A DNA stretch of 63,812 bases, the filler included, from Reticulomyxa filosa (lineage: Eukaryota > Protista > Foraminifera): NCBI GenBank assembly GCA_000512085.1. It is 24 parts of 24 records of this genome, joined end to end, with 100 filler letters (N's around TTAATTAATTAA, not from the genome) between each part and the next. Parts side by side here need not be neighbours in the genome. Positions count along the whole stretch, not along the records: positions 1 to 2,960 come from ASPP01026134.1; positions 3,061 to 4,351 come from ASPP01019562.1; positions 4,452 to 5,763 come from ASPP01048660.1; positions 5,864 to 8,657 come from ASPP01019483.1; positions 8,758 to 10,894 come from ASPP01012120.1; positions 10,995 to 12,426 come from ASPP01028625.1; positions 12,527 to 13,716 come from ASPP01023285.1; 17 more parts are not named here. One strand, given 5' to 3'. The notes under the pieces are model-generated. The model saw only the letters and a program-made list of their open reading frames with translations. It was not told where the DNA came from and did no database searches. The translations under genes were made by a program, and so were the position numbers. Shown here in pieces: positions 1 through 13,243 of the stretch. Position 1 is the first letter of the stretch; every line of letters begins with the position of its first letter.

Positions 1-479
1 CATTATTATTATTATCATTATTATTATTGCTATTGTTATTGTTATTGTCGTATTCCAGATGCGATTGTGAATCGTTGATAACAATATTGTACTCAGAAGT
101 AGGGAAAAGCATTTCATTCGTTTCATGACCTGACTGGTATGAGTGTGTCGACCTTGCGTCGTGTTTCGACTGGCTTGACACTTGAAATATACTCTTTTGT
201 TTTTGTGCTTGCCTTTGCTTCATTATTGTAAAATAGGGATTCACGGTTTTATGGCCGTACCATTTTTCATTTTCAATTTGCGATTGGATTATTTCATTTT
301 GAAAATTTTCACGCGTTTTATTAAATGTATTGCTTGCTTCCTTTTGTTCTTTTGCCCCCCCCCCAAAAAAAATGGGTATCAATCAACTCGATATAAATTA
401 CAAAACATATACATAAAAAATATATATATGTATATATACATGTATATATTATAAACCTGTTGATTGTCCTGCGCAACTT

Positions 480-1030
480 TCATTTGAAGTTTTGTTTTTT
501 TTTTTTTTTTTTTTGCAGTTGTTGTTCTTGTCGTTCTTTTTTTTGTTTCTGGGAATCTTCTTTTGCTGACTCATGCAATTCTTCTCCTTTTGCCGTTTCC
601 ATTCGGACCAAAGAACAAGGTAATTGTGATAGGCTTGGACTTGGCTTGTGTTTGTTTGTTTTGACATCGAGCACAGATGCTACTTCTCCATTTTGTGCAG
701 TAGACGTTCGCTTCTCCCATCCAAAATAGCTTTCCAATTTGTGATGAGATGAGTCTGTTGTTTGTCCGCAACGGCTGTGGATATACGGCTTAGGCTTTGC
801 TTCTCGCGCACTTTTATCAATGCTCTCACAAGATACGCTCAAATGTATTTCTTCATTTGCACATTTTTTTGCCTTGTTCCCGTTTTGTAATTTTTTCTTT
901 TCATCACCTTTCCGTTCGTTGTGCATTGCTTGTGTCTTTGGTGATGCTTCATTTGTAGTCGTGGTGGCTACTGTATTTGACGACTTCTGTTCACCAATAT
1001 GTTTTCTTTTTAAGTGTTCTCGGATATTGC
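480..1030 (-). CDS. Internal exon of a hydrophilic Lys/Gln/Ser-rich hypothetical protein
   Basis: Open frame SNIREHLKRK...QKQKKERQEQQLQ after a poly-T/CAG acceptor; no family motif recognised. Confidence 0.45.
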
Positions 1031-2503
1031 TGCGCAGAAAAAAAAAAAACAACAAATCATTGTAAACGCAAGTATTGCACTCTGTCGTACCTCGGCCGCA
1101 AAGAAGAAATCAAGGCAATTTTTTTTGGATTCAACATGTTTGTGCTTTTTTGTCAATTTTGACCTCATTTCATCTCGTTCGCAAAAAAAAAAGAAATGAA
1201 TTGTCCTGATTTATTAATACAATGCGTATTCCACAACAGGGGAAACACCAGTGTTCTGTCTTCACTGCCAGCGACAAAGTTCAGTGCAAAACCAAAAAAA
1301 AATGTGAATCTCTTGCTTGCATAACAAAAGTAATCCTTTATTGGAGAATTTTTGATTATCAAGTTATTTATAAAAAGAGTTCAGAAGTTGTTTTATACAT
1401 TTTTATTTGTATAATGGGTACACGAAATGTCAACGTTCGGAATCAGCATGAAGCGCTTCAGCTAAAAGTAGACAATTTATTGACATCAACACATATAGTG
1501 ACGTAGTAATTGCATTTTCTAAGTTCTGACTTATTGAACACAAAATTGCTTACTGACATGAAAGACTGCCTTATAAGAATCAATTTTATTCATGAAAACA
1601 CTTTATCAAAATTTTAAAATATCACAAATACTATAGTTTTTAACAGAAAATTTTTTTTTGATCGAAGAAAATATGTATTGTTGTAAATTTTACAGAAAAA
1701 GTTAAAATGTTGGTGTAGATAAATTTGTAAAAAATAGAGAAAAAAATAATGCCATAATATTAATATTATCGATTTTCTCATTGAGACAGCATATAAACAT
1801 TTTTTAAAACGTATAATGATATAGAAAATGGTAACTGAAGTGCTAGCACCAAACGTTCTAATTTCATAAAGAACCAAAAAGAAAAGACATATATTGTCAT
1901 CAGAAACTGTTTATTTTTTAAAAAAACGCAAATGTTAAATGCATGAAAATACGTTTGTGAAGTAAAAACATTTTTGCTAATCTTTTAATGTTACAAAGTC
2001 TTACCAAGTTTACAGCACATCTTTTAAGTAGAATAACTGATATCTTCACTTTTCATCTATATTTATAGTTCTTGTTTATTGTATGGATTACAACATTGCT
2101 TGATCGATATTAAAAAACTAAGAACAGTGAAATTGCATTTTATCAAAGTATTTCACATACTGCTGATGTATGATTTGAAAATTCAAGAATGCGTTGTAAA
2201 AGCACAATCGTTTAGCGAAAATAGATTATAAAAAAAAGATCAAATATTCTTAAGTTTTATCATAATCTGCATAACAATTATAGTGCCTCTTTTGGTGTTT
2301 GCAGTTTAGCATTTCGTAAACAAAAAATGAAAACATTCACTTATTATTTGAGGACGAAGATAAGAAAAAAAATACTAAAATAAAAGACGCATAAGAATGA
2401 CACAGAGCAAGAATGTATCTACATCCATAAGAAAAAAGCTTCCACGAAGTATAGAACTATGATAGAACTAGCAGGAGCTGTTAAAAAACGCGAGGTGGCG
2501 AAG

Positions 2504-2850
2504 TCATTCACAACGACATAGCCGAAAGTTGTAATGCTCATGCATAGCCTTGGTGACATTGTACTTATTCATAGAAATGGGAAAGGGCATATCATCATGC
2601 CCTTTGAGAGAGCGCATTTCCAAGCATTGTTCTTTGCTGAACAAATCGAGTCGAATGATGGCAGGAATATTTCTGTTATTATGCGCAACGGTCTGCAGCC
2701 GTTTAAGTGTAAGATCATAATTCGCTCGCACCGCAAAGATAGGCTTGTGTAAGTTATTTTTTTTAAATTTCTCTTCGATCACGAGTTCAATATATTTCCG
2801 ATCGGAGCCTTCCCAATGCGCAGTCACTTCCAGCTCATCAACATCCCATT
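2504..2850 (-). CDS. Terminal exon of a hypothetical globular protein (5' partial)
   Basis: WDVDELEVTAHWEGSDRKY...NFRLCRCE* follows a long homopolymer that looks intronic; composition looks coding. Confidence 0.5.
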
Positions 2851-2856
2851 TTTTGC

Positions 2857-2898
<42 letters not shown>

Positions 2899-2960
2899 GT
2901 ATTAATGGTATAAAAATAATGTTAACAATGATAAGGAGATATCTGTACATATATACATTC

Positions 2961-3060
2961 NNNNNNNNNNNNNNNNNNNNNNNNNNNNNNNNNNNNNNNN
3001 NNNNTTAATTAATTAANNNNNNNNNNNNNNNNNNNNNNNNNNNNNNNNNNNNNNNNNNNN
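2961..3060. other. Artificial 100-nt contig linker (N-run, TTAATTAATTAA, N-run); first of 23
   Basis: The same linker starts at about 2961, 4352, 5764, 8658, 10895, 12427, 13717, 17802, 21413, 23619, 25996, 29131, 31273, 33007, 34488, 36020, 39885, 44512, 47337, 51488, 59451, 61375 and 62713. TTAATTAATTAA is palindromic and puts stops in all six frames. Confidence 0.98.
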
Positions 3061-3128
3061 AAAAAAAAAAAATGCATACCTTTGCAAACTCCTTAATGTT
3101 ATGTGGGTTAAATGTAATGGTAACACAG

Positions 3129-3302
3129 TTCCAACAGTTCCGCCAGAGGGACCTGACTATCACCATGGTTTGGTATACATCCGATTCTCCATTGAAGTAT
3201 AAAATTTGTGATGAAAGTGGCGAAGACCAGAACTGTGAATATTTTGGAGACTCAGTAGCTGATCACTTGAATTACATGGATTTGTACGAAGACTGCTCTT
3301 AA
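3129..3302 (+). CDS. Class-3 (fungal-type) lipase C-terminus, with a frame break at 3167/3168
   Basis: VPTVPPEGPDYHH in one frame and VWYTSD...C.ESGEDQNC...SVADHLNY in another match the Lipase_3 tail (VPxxPP..YxH...EVW...C...ED..C....S..DH..Y, with the catalytic His). Confidence 0.75.
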   Translation, partial: FQQFRQRDLTITMVWYTSDSPLKYKICDESGEDQNCEYFGDSVADHLNYMDLYEDCS

Positions 3303-5238
3303 AGCTAATTAATATGCAAATGTAATAAGTCCTCAAATGTGGGGAAAAAAGACATTTTTCTTTAAGGAGCTTGGGCATGATTGCTGATTGTTATTCATCC
3401 AATTGGATTTCTTCACAATGAACAAGAAACCCTAGAACATATTTACTTGCATATCCCAAGCCCAACTTAATTTCACCAAACAATGGAAAAAAAGAAATTA
3501 CAAGACACGCGCTCTTAAAAAATACCTATTATTGATCTTCATCAAAAGTTCGAAATGAGTACATAGATAGAAATTTTCTATAAGTTCACAAGAACAAAAT
3601 AGACAAATTGCTATTTAAATCCAAAATTTTGAAAGTATGAAAGCGTTGCGAAACTTAAAAAAAGGAGAAAAACAAAGCTGGCTTCATATTCGAAAAAAAG
3701 AAAATATTTTGCTTTTTGTGACGAGCTAATGAGTGAGTTACTTTCATATATAGTATTTTATTGCCAGTAACAGTGACGCACTTCTACTGCACACAAAATA
3801 GAAAGCAATAACGTACTGGTTACGTTAGCAATTCCAACGTGTTGCGTCACTTTTTTGTGGTTCTTTATCTACAGTTAGTGAACGATAAGCAAATTGATTT
3901 TATTTGTTGCCGTGTACTCTATAGTGAATTTCTAAAATATGATTTTCCAATTAAATAGCAATAATATATTACTAATAGACAAACTTGCAAGTAAAATTAG
4001 AAATACAAAAATACAAACATATAAAATGCTAACGAAAAAAGAGATAAAAAAAGTCCAAGTTTGCACAAGTAACAAATGACTATAACAATATACAAAAAAC
4101 AATTTAAAAAAAGCAAAATTGAAAAAAAGAAAACGTTGCGCACATTAAAATAACAAAACATAAAAAATATAATGTTATATTATTGCAAACATTTATATTG
4201 AAAATCATTTGGTGTCACAATTGAAAATGAATTATTGATATTGGATTGTACTAGGTGTAACAATATTTGTCAAAGTGTTTGTAATTCTGCTTTATCTTCT
4301 TTAAAAAGTTACCGGATGAAAGTTTATACACTTGGTATCTATTCATTAAAGNNNNNNNNNNNNNNNNNNNNNNNNNNNNNNNNNNNNNNNNNNNNTTAAT
4401 TAATTAANNNNNNNNNNNNNNNNNNNNNNNNNNNNNNNNNNNNNNNNNNNNTCATGGAGAAAATCGATTCTATTCATATAATGCCATTTAGGTATTGCAG
4501 TTTTTTTTGCAATTTACTGTATATTTAAAAAAAAGAATTTTGAAAAAATATTGATTTTCATGAATAAACTTATAATGTCCTAGTGGTTCATTTTAAAGGA
4601 ATATCTTTTTTGTTGTCAAATTTAACTATACTGATTTTTTAAAAAGTGTTTGTGAGAAATTTTTAAATTTCACTGGAATCATTATAGATTATTCTATTGT
4701 GGTTTCTCATTTTCCAATTTTAAATTGATATGTGCTAATTTTAACTTTTCACACTTATAATTGAATTATATTTTAAAAAAATGAGTTGTCAAAATTAAAA
4801 AATATGTCCTTTATATTAAAAAACTGGAGTCATTAGTATTTTCCCTCTGTCAAATGTAAAATTTTTTGACATCTTTTAAATCTATTGGTCTGTTTCAAAA
4901 TAAAAATGTCCAATCCTTTTCGACGATAGTTGATGCTTGCATTGATTCGTCTTTGTTTTGTCCTTTTTTTTAGTTTAGTCTCAGTGTGAGGTTGGTCGAG
5001 AAAGAAAATAACATTGATCGATTCTTGTTATTTTGGTACGATTATTGTTTGATGTTACAAAGAAATTGTGATAAAATATTGCAAAACTTATTTGTTTTGG
5101 CATAACTTTATTCATACAAAGAAAATCTTTGGAAATTGTAATTGCAAACACACAAATATATCAAAAGAGGTTGAGAAGAAATTAAAGAGAAATGTCATTC
5201 AAGGAATTTAAACAAATTTAGTGCTTCATTAAAAAAAA

Positions 5239-5763
5239 TTAAAAAAGAGAAGACAAGAAAGGAATAACTTGACAATGAAACACATTTGTATCAAAACAAA
5301 ATTGAACAAATTCATGATTAATCTCTTTAACACTTTGAATAAGTTTGGGAAATTTAGATTGATAAAATTGATGAAATTGGACTCGTTCAGCTGAATTAAG
5401 ATATAACCGAAAATATATTTGATTGGATTCATCACGACAACAAGATGCCCTACTTTGACTTGTAGAAATGTTTGCTTTTGCAACAAGAGCTTGTTTCACT
5501 GCTATTCCATTATATAATTCATCAAATTCAGCTTTCAATTGCTTCGAAAGGACTTTCATCAATTCTGATGGACGAACATCACTTGGTTTCGAGATTGCAT
5601 TGAAATTTCTTTTTTCAAACACAAAACTCTTGTATTCTTGATCTCTAAACCATTCATAAATTGCATTACCTAAACGAATTCGATATCCAACATTGTGACT
5701 TCTCAAATAACAATTTTGCGCATCTGTTTGAATTGGACGATATGGCCAATTTTTCACAATTGA
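5239..5763 (-). CDS. Hypothetical protein exon (5' truncated by contig end)
   Basis: 172-codon open frame in AT-rich DNA; no motif recognised. Confidence 0.5.
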   Translation of the reverse strand, partial: SIVKNWPYRPIQTDAQNCYLRSHNVGYRIRLGNAIYEWFRDQEYKSFVFEKRNFNAISKPSDVRPSELMKVLSKQLKAEFDELYNGIAVKQALVAKANISTSQSRASCCRDESNQIYFRLYLNSAERVQFHQFYQSKFPKLIQSVKEINHEFVQFCFDTNVFHCQVIPFLSSLF

Positions 5764-5894
5764 NNNNNNNNNNNNNNNNNNNNNNNNNNNNNNNNNNNNN
5801 NNNNNNNTTAATTAATTAANNNNNNNNNNNNNNNNNNNNNNNNNNNNNNNNNNNNNNNNNNNNCACTCAGAAAAAAAAAAACAAAAACGCAGTA

Positions 5895-8612
5895 AACTTC
5901 TCCAGAAGTAAGCTGCTCTTGCAAGCCCTTGGTCTTGAATCGCAACTTTTCGTTTTCTTTGCGCAACTCGTCCATTTCGGCCAACAATTGGTCATTTTTG
6001 GCACGCAACTGCGCGATATTGTTTTTATATTGAGACAACGTGGGGAAGATGTCTTCTTCCAAAAACTCTTTGACCGACGCGTATCTTTCATGGTACGCTG
6101 CGCGCGTCAACGAAGTATTGGTGTCAGTGCTGCCATCACTCTTCGTTTCATCATTCGTCGCGTTATTCTCAGTCACGTTCTTTCAGCGATGTCTCCGATC
6201 GTGTTTTATTTGCATTCGGGGCAAGGCTTAAATTCGAGGGGGTCCTTGCAGGTGGCGGTGGAGCAACCCGTCCACCCGACTTTGCGTTCTTGTCATTGTT
6301 CGTGCCACTGTTGCTGTTACTATTGCTATTGCTATTGCTATTACTATTGCTATTGCTATTGCTATTGCTATTGATATTGATATTGTTATTGCTGCTGTTA
6401 TTATTCGTTGGCTTGGTGTTGTTTGTCATCTGACTTACCCGACGTTCTCTCTGCAAATTTTTTGATATTATATTACAACACACTGAAACATGTGTTATTT
6501 TTAAAAAAAATCTGCAAATTGGATTTGCAGTTCGGGTTGAGTTTAAAAGTTGCAGTTGTAATGAAACATATATACATATACATACATATATAAAAATATA
6601 TATATGTACATATATATATATGGATATGCATATATGCATATATATATATGTGTTCCCATAGAAGTAGGCATTAGAAACACGTACCTCAATAAACATGTCA
6701 TAAAGCTTATTTGGTTCCAACCTGAATGATCCCGATTCAGCGAGTGGTGAAGCGGGCTGTATGAGTCCACTCTCCGCATTGTTTGCCGTTGACTTCAAAT
6801 CTGAAAATTTACCTCGATGTTGCTCGCTTTATGTTCGTTTGTGCATACATACACACACATATACATATATAACATATATAACATATATATGCATATATAC
6901 ATATATAACATATATATGTATATATAAGCAGCGTGCTTTGATCCTTTAACCAAAGCAGCAAACACAAACGTAAATGGTCCAACAACTCAACTAGCAAAGA
7001 TCGCACACTCGCACTAAGTTGCTCTTGTTCGAACCAGTGGATGTCTTTTCCGGCAATTTTTGAGTTGAGCATTTGGCGCACACCAGATAGCCACTAAAGA
7101 CATGTCCCCAGTATGTGTTGTTAGGTGTATATGCATACGACATAGCATAGATGTACACGACACTATGCTACGTGGGGCACACAGCTAGGCAAAAACAAAA
7201 CAACTTCGTTACCAGTAGTAGCAGTGATGACGTCGCTCGATAAACGTGAACTTGGTTTGACATGTCTGTATCATGCAAATGGCAGAAAAGTCGTCTGGAA
7301 GAAACATGGTAGCGGCAATCAAGTCTTGGTTCGTTCGAACCCCCAATTCTTTGTAGTCATTTTTCTGTCGATTGCAAATCAAACATTAAGTTTATGGAGC
7401 GATAGGGACATTACAAATAATTTGTCTATCAAAAAAAAAAAAAAAAATCTACCTGTTTGAGCATCGCTTCCACCCATTTCTTTTTGGTTTCTTCGTCGTC
7501 GGTATAAACACAAAAAGACTCAACAGAAGAATGAATCTATGAATGATCCAGTCATAAAGTACCCATTTTTGTCATGTCCCCCCCCCCTCCTTACATTAAA
7601 TATATACATATATGCACCATATGTAGATAAATTAAAATAGCTGAAACTTCAAAGACAAAGCCAAAATCATTTTGCAGCTTCAAATGTGGCTCTTTGACCT
7701 CAAAGACCGAATCAATGGGCAGTGTATTTTGGTACTTCAAGTTTGTGGCGAATGAGGGCTGAGACCCATATACCAGACAATCCGTGAACAAAAAGAACAC
7801 GTAGTCTCGATCGTCCCTGCGTTCGATTTTGCACAGGTTGCCTTCCATTACAAATCTTCGTGCCGGTGCTAATAGCACAATCGATCCACCAAACCGCTCT
7901 TCCACTTCCTTCACTTGCTCGCGCCGAGTATTTTCTTTCATTCTCTCGTTCACAATGGTCGAGACCTTTTGAACACATCAGGTATATTTATTTGTGTATT
8001 TCTATCTTTATGTCATGCAAAGTGTAAAGCTCAACACTTTTAAGTGTGTATACATATGTATAAATGTTTATAAATGTATATAGTTTTGTTGCAAAGCTCA
8101 GTTCAAATGTACACAACTTCTTTAATAAGTTCCAAAGCTTCTTGCAACTGACTCAGGTCCGGATGATTCGGTTCTGTGTTTTTGATTATCTCTTCTAATA
8201 ATATTTTGTAGCGAGGGATTCTTTGAATTGGTAATATTAACATACTGCATTTTTTTTTTTTTTTTTTTGTTTTGTTTGTTTTGCTGCTCTTTATGCAAAA
8301 GCGACACAATTACAATAAAAAACGTATTACAAACCTTTCCAAAGTCAAATTGTCGCAATTTTTTCTCGCTTTTTGTGTGAACTCGGCAAACTATATAATA
8401 TATATATATATATATATATAAATATATGTATGCACATATACATATACACATATGTGTATATGCATATGTTAATTATGCCGTCCCCATGGCCACACGTAAT
8501 AAATCCAACTTTTTTTCGTTTTCTTGCCAAATACATTGGACAGACAGACATACAGCCGTGCTTTGTTGGAGCTTTCTTAATCGACCAGTAGCTTTCTCAT
8601 GGTTATTGCAGT
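5895..8612 (-). CDS. FGD/frabin-like RhoGEF: DH-PH-FYVE, then an Asn/Ser low-complexity region and coiled coil (multi-exon, partial)
   Basis: DH exons YCNNHEKATGRL, FAEFTQKARKNCDNLTLE, LILPIQRIPRYKILLEEIIKNT. PH exons RRFVMEGNLCK..YVFFLFTDCLVY, IHSSVESFCVYTDDEETKKKWVEAM. FYVE spliced across about 7310-6995: CMIQTCQTKFTFIERRHHCYY/CGYLVCAKCS...RVCDLC. Coiled coil at 5895-6176. Confidence 0.88.
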
Positions 8613-8859
8613 AGCTGTAATTATTGCATGTGTATACGTATATTTTTTTTTTTTTTTNNNNNNNNNNNNNNNNNNNNNNNNNNNNNNNNNNNNNNNNNNN
8701 NTTAATTAATTAANNNNNNNNNNNNNNNNNNNNNNNNNNNNNNNNNNNNNNNNNNNNGGGGGGGGGGGGGAAAAAAAGGAGTTCATATATCGATGGCATT
8801 TCAACCCATACCTCTTCATGAATTGCTATTATTGTCTTTGTTTAATAACGAATACGTTG

Positions 8860-9648
8860 TTTCTAAAATCCTTAACGAAACCAGACCACAAAAAATACAC
8901 GCGTTTATGCCTGTCACGCGTTTGTTTCAAAGAATGTTTGATCTCACCGGGTTTTGTATTATTTATTTATGTTTTCTGTTTAATTGTTTTTTTTTCTTCC
9001 CCTCCCTATCTCTTTATTCTACCTCACAAATATATTATATGTACATATACGTATAATATACAAATGTACGAATGAATATATATATGTGTTCTTGCACATT
9101 TGCAAAAAAAAATAAAAAAATAAAAAAATTACAGGTATCAACATCAGCACAATACTCGGCCTGACTGTGTTCGAAATGTGTTGGAAAGTAGCCCCGTTGC
9201 ACTGATAGCGTGGATCTACGATAAATATGTGGAGTGGTCTGACCAAAAGTGGTGCAAATTTTCTGAACAGCAACAGGATACGTATTGTTCTCCAAAGGGA
9301 ACAAACAATCTTACCAATCAATTGGTTTGGGATGATGTAATCACGACGGCTTGCTTATACTTTTTAAACCATCGTGTTCGAAGTGGCATTGACTATTATC
9401 ATAAAAACTTAGGAATGGCTTACGGTCATTTTTTGCGCACCAAAACACCATCGACGATATTCTTTGCCATTAGTGAGTTTGAAAAAGACCCCTTCGCTGC
9501 GGTTAACGTGCACAAATACTTGAGCCATTTGTACACAAATCTTGTCTACTACAGGCCACATCCATTTGGGGGACATTTTCCGGGGTTTGAGCATCCTCGT
9601 GTCCTTGCGAAAGATATTGCTGATTTTTTGACTATTATTGATGTTTAA
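8860..9648 (+). CDS. Microsomal/juvenile-hormone-type epoxide hydrolase, C-terminal half
   Basis: Spliced GYQHQHNTRPD..LESSPVALIAWIYDKY and GGHFPGFEHP..LAKDIADF match the EPHX1-family GYxxxQxTxP / DSPVGLAAYILEKF / GGHFAAFEEP motifs. Confidence 0.85.
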
Positions 9649-9956
9649 AAAAAATATTTTATTTTGCAACACTATACTATTGATTCAAGTTAGTGATATT
9701 AGGTTGATTTTTTTTTTCTTGCAAATTTACGCATACGCTCATACGCCAAAGTCTTGTAAATGTTATTGTTTCAGTTTGTACGAGAACATTTGGAATTAAA
9801 AACCTGGCCAAATGCAAAATCCTCCAAACTAAGGTAAGTTCTCATGTTGCAAGTTTTGACACGCGAACTAAAAATTGTTAATAAAAGAGGAGAACTTTAC
9901 TTTCGGACCCTTTTGAATCTGAAGAAGGAAAAAAACTTCTTCGATCAAAATACATA

Positions 9957-10770
9957 ATGCTCTCACAAAATACGTCCGAAGGAATTCCAGAATCAACATC
10001 AAAAAATGTTGCACTCTTAGACTTTGTCAAAAAAAATAAATTGGATTATGCGCAACGATATTTGGTCGATCATAACGTTGACCTGCAAGAGCTAATGGAG
10101 TTGACTGAAGCAGAGCTGACGTTAAGCGTGTATTTATTTGATGATGACCACAAAAAAGTTTGAAAAGAAATGATTCCGAAATAAGATTCCGGGAACATTG
10201 CAAAAAAAAAATGGAAACAGAGAGTTTGCAGAAAAAGATTTGAAATTGGACACATTGGCAAGAAAACGTTTTGTTCGTGGGATATTGCAAATGTCCCAGC
10301 AATCATCGCAGCCACAGCAGGCGGACCTAAGTGGAGCATCATTGAGTTCAAGTGTGAAGAGAGAGTCGCAGACAGAGAATGAGAAGCGAGGATCGTTTGG
10401 ACTTGGCAACATAAGTGGCCCACTGACAACTGCGCTGTCGATAGGAGAAAGCAACAATCGAAACATGATAGGAGGGAAAGTGATCCAAGTGATATCCCCA
10501 GAAGAGTTGGAATGGATGACACAACTGAGCGACCGCTTGAAACAAGTGAGCAAGGTAATGGACAACATCCACGCGTTAATACCGACAATCGACCAATCCA
10601 AGCACAATGTGTTGCAATTGATTACTGCCACGTTCGACAAACTCGAAGCTGATTTGCACGCCCGTAAAAAACAACTACTGACCGAAGTCGAAAAAGTCGA
10701 CAGTCATAAAAGAAAGACTGTGCAAGTCCAGTTGGAATGGTTGCAAAATTACAAGACTAATTTAACACAA
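9957..10770 (+). CDS. SAM-like N-terminal domain plus B-box-type coiled coil protein (3' partial)
   Basis: LLDFVKKNKL..YLVDHNVDLQELMELTEAEL/EFAEKDLKLDTLARKRFVRGI resembles a SAM domain. ITATFDKLEADLHARKKQLLTEV resembles the B-box C-terminal coiled coil. Confidence 0.55.
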
Positions 10771-10994
10771 GTTTGATTTTTGTCATTTAATTTTTTTTTT
10801 TATTTTTTTGACCATTGGTAGAGAATATGAAGTGGGGTATATATGTAATATATATAATGTATACATATATATATATATACACATATATATATATNNNNNN
10901 NNNNNNNNNNNNNNNNNNNNNNNNNNNNNNNNNNNNNNTTAATTAATTAANNNNNNNNNNNNNNNNNNNNNNNNNNNNNNNNNNNNNNNNNNNN

Positions 10995-12426
10995 GTCATA
11001 GCACGTTGATAGTTGTTGAATAGAGGCCTCCGTTTTGGTAAGAAAGTTCTTGCCCTCGTTGAACGCGCTGACAAAATTAATCCAATCTGAATAGTACAAT
11101 AACAGAGGATTCCATTTGTAATTTTTTTTCACAGTTTCTGTGGCCTTAATCAATTTGTAATGTTTTTCCACAATTTCTGTGGCCTTAATCAATTTGGACC
11201 AAGATGCTTGCATGCTTTTGAATTTTTGAATTTTTTCGAGTTTTGTTTCAATATCTTGAGTTAGAGATTGTATTTCTGTGTGAGTCTTCAAAGGGAACAT
11301 ATACGCCAACTCCGAACTTAATTCGCACGATTTAAACAATTCAATATCTTTTATCTGAAATGTCCCTTTCGTTATGGTCTGTTTCAATTCATTCCAGTTG
11401 CTGAAGGTATTTTTATGAAGCTTATTCACAGTCTCTTGAAACGGCAACATCATCCTCCTTTCAGCTCGATTTGGCACAGTCCACAGTTTTTTGAAAAACC
11501 CAACTTCCTGTCACTTTTTACAACTCTTCTAGCTGATGCTTAGTCTTTTGCAACGTCTCTAGTTCTTTCAAGTATTTTTCCTGTGCATCTGGAAATGACT
11601 CCAAATCCCAGTTTTCGCAAAAGCGACTGAATTGTTGTAGCTCGTTCGATTTTCATCAAATTTGTAATGCACCGATACTGTGACATACAATTCTTTCAAA
11701 TGCACAAATTCTTTGTATTTTTCAACAGTGTCAATAGTTTTTGAAGTCATCTTGCGTGTCTTTGTTGTTGTCATCATCCTTGAGCTTAAGGAGAGATTGG
11801 TGGAGGGTCTTAAGGTTCTCCTTGTTGTTGCTACATTCCAAAAATCGGAAAACACAAAATTTAATCGTCTTATTTTGCACCATTTGAAACAGCTTGTGTA
11901 ATGATTCTTTCACAAATATCTCTAAGTCGATTAAAATTTTCGGTTTTTTTTCTCCTTGCACAGTCAACAATGAAAGCCAGGGGATGCATAGGAAACAATG
12001 CTCCAAGTGATGAATCAGCAAAGTTTGGAGGTTCTTGTCAGATATCTCCTCTGGATTTTTTGCTTCATTTGTTTCTTGCTTTTCTCCCTTTGCTTCAATT
12101 TCGACTCCGATCTTGATTTCACTCTCAACGTCGGGCTTGGCTTCAATGTCGGGTTTACTTTTGCTAGTCTTTTCGATTGTATCTGATTTGAGGCTGTGTT
12201 TTTTTTTTCCACGAATGGTTTTTGACATAAATAGACAGAATTGAGTAGAAAAGGAGAAGAAAAAAAAAAGGGGCGTGCAAAATAAATATTGTGCGAATAC
12301 GTACCTGTTTGAATCCATTCGGACAGGAATGTCGATAATAATGTTGAATACGTCCTCCAATAAGTTCCAGTTAATAGACGGTTGCTCGAAAATTTTTTTC
12401 AGCGACTCCAAAGTTTTATCACTCCA
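10995..12426 (-). pseudogene. Frame-disrupted fragment of a large alpha-helical protein family
   Basis: Three consecutive ORFs (11731-12411, 11568-11855, 10995-11477) are linked by frameshifts and stops. A 39-nt-period tandem duplication (KLIKATE x2) lies at about 11131-11197. Confidence 0.55.
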
Positions 12427-13243
12427 NNNNNNNNNNNNNNNNNNNNNNNNNNNNNNNNNNNNNNNNNNNNTTAATTAATTAANNNNNNNNNNNNNNNNNN
12501 NNNNNNNNNNNNNNNNNNNNNNNNNNTTTTTTTAATTAAATTTTTTTTAATATAAAAGATAGATGTAAAATATTAATTTATGTTATTTTCAATGTTATTG
12601 CAATAAAAAGAAAATAATTCAAATTTATTGTAAAAGAAATAAAATTTTATCGCAAGAAAAAAAATATTAGTACAAACAAAACTAAAATCACGGTTCGTGA
12701 TCTATAACTGTATATAGTGTCAATTGTTAAGTTTTGCGATACACCTTTTGAGAGATAGTTTTATATCTTTAGTAGTTTTTAAGAATTATGTTTTCCTATT
12801 GAAGTTATTGGCTCGTAAAAATGGCATCTATAGAGATATTAAGTTTTCTCCACGAAAAAACAAGATTTAATAAAAAACCTTTAAAAGTAATTTTTAATTA
12901 TGTAAGTTCATATTTAAAAACTACACAACTCAAAAAATACATGATAAATGAGGTGTAAAATTAAAATTAAAAATAAGTTATAGAAATAGTTTCGAACTAA
13001 TATCTATAAAAATACTTGTTATTGTTTCCTTTGTTACAATCATAAGACTGCTTTATTGCATGTTCGTTAGACTAATATTCTGTCCTATACAAAAAAGTAG
13101 TGGCTCTAAACAAAGAATTTTTTCAAAGTGCTTTTAAAGAGAAAAGAGTGTTTCACTGTTGAAAAAATTTAGTTTGTAGCGTTAAATTCGATCAACTAAA
13201 AAAAAACCTACCACCAATACAAAATACACAAAAAAAAAAGCAC

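Noticed and set aside
3005-3016. Recurring TTAATTAATTAA palindrome as a biological repeat, CRISPR-like unit or site
   Set aside because: It is always centred in an identical 100-nt N linker, so it is an assembly spacer.
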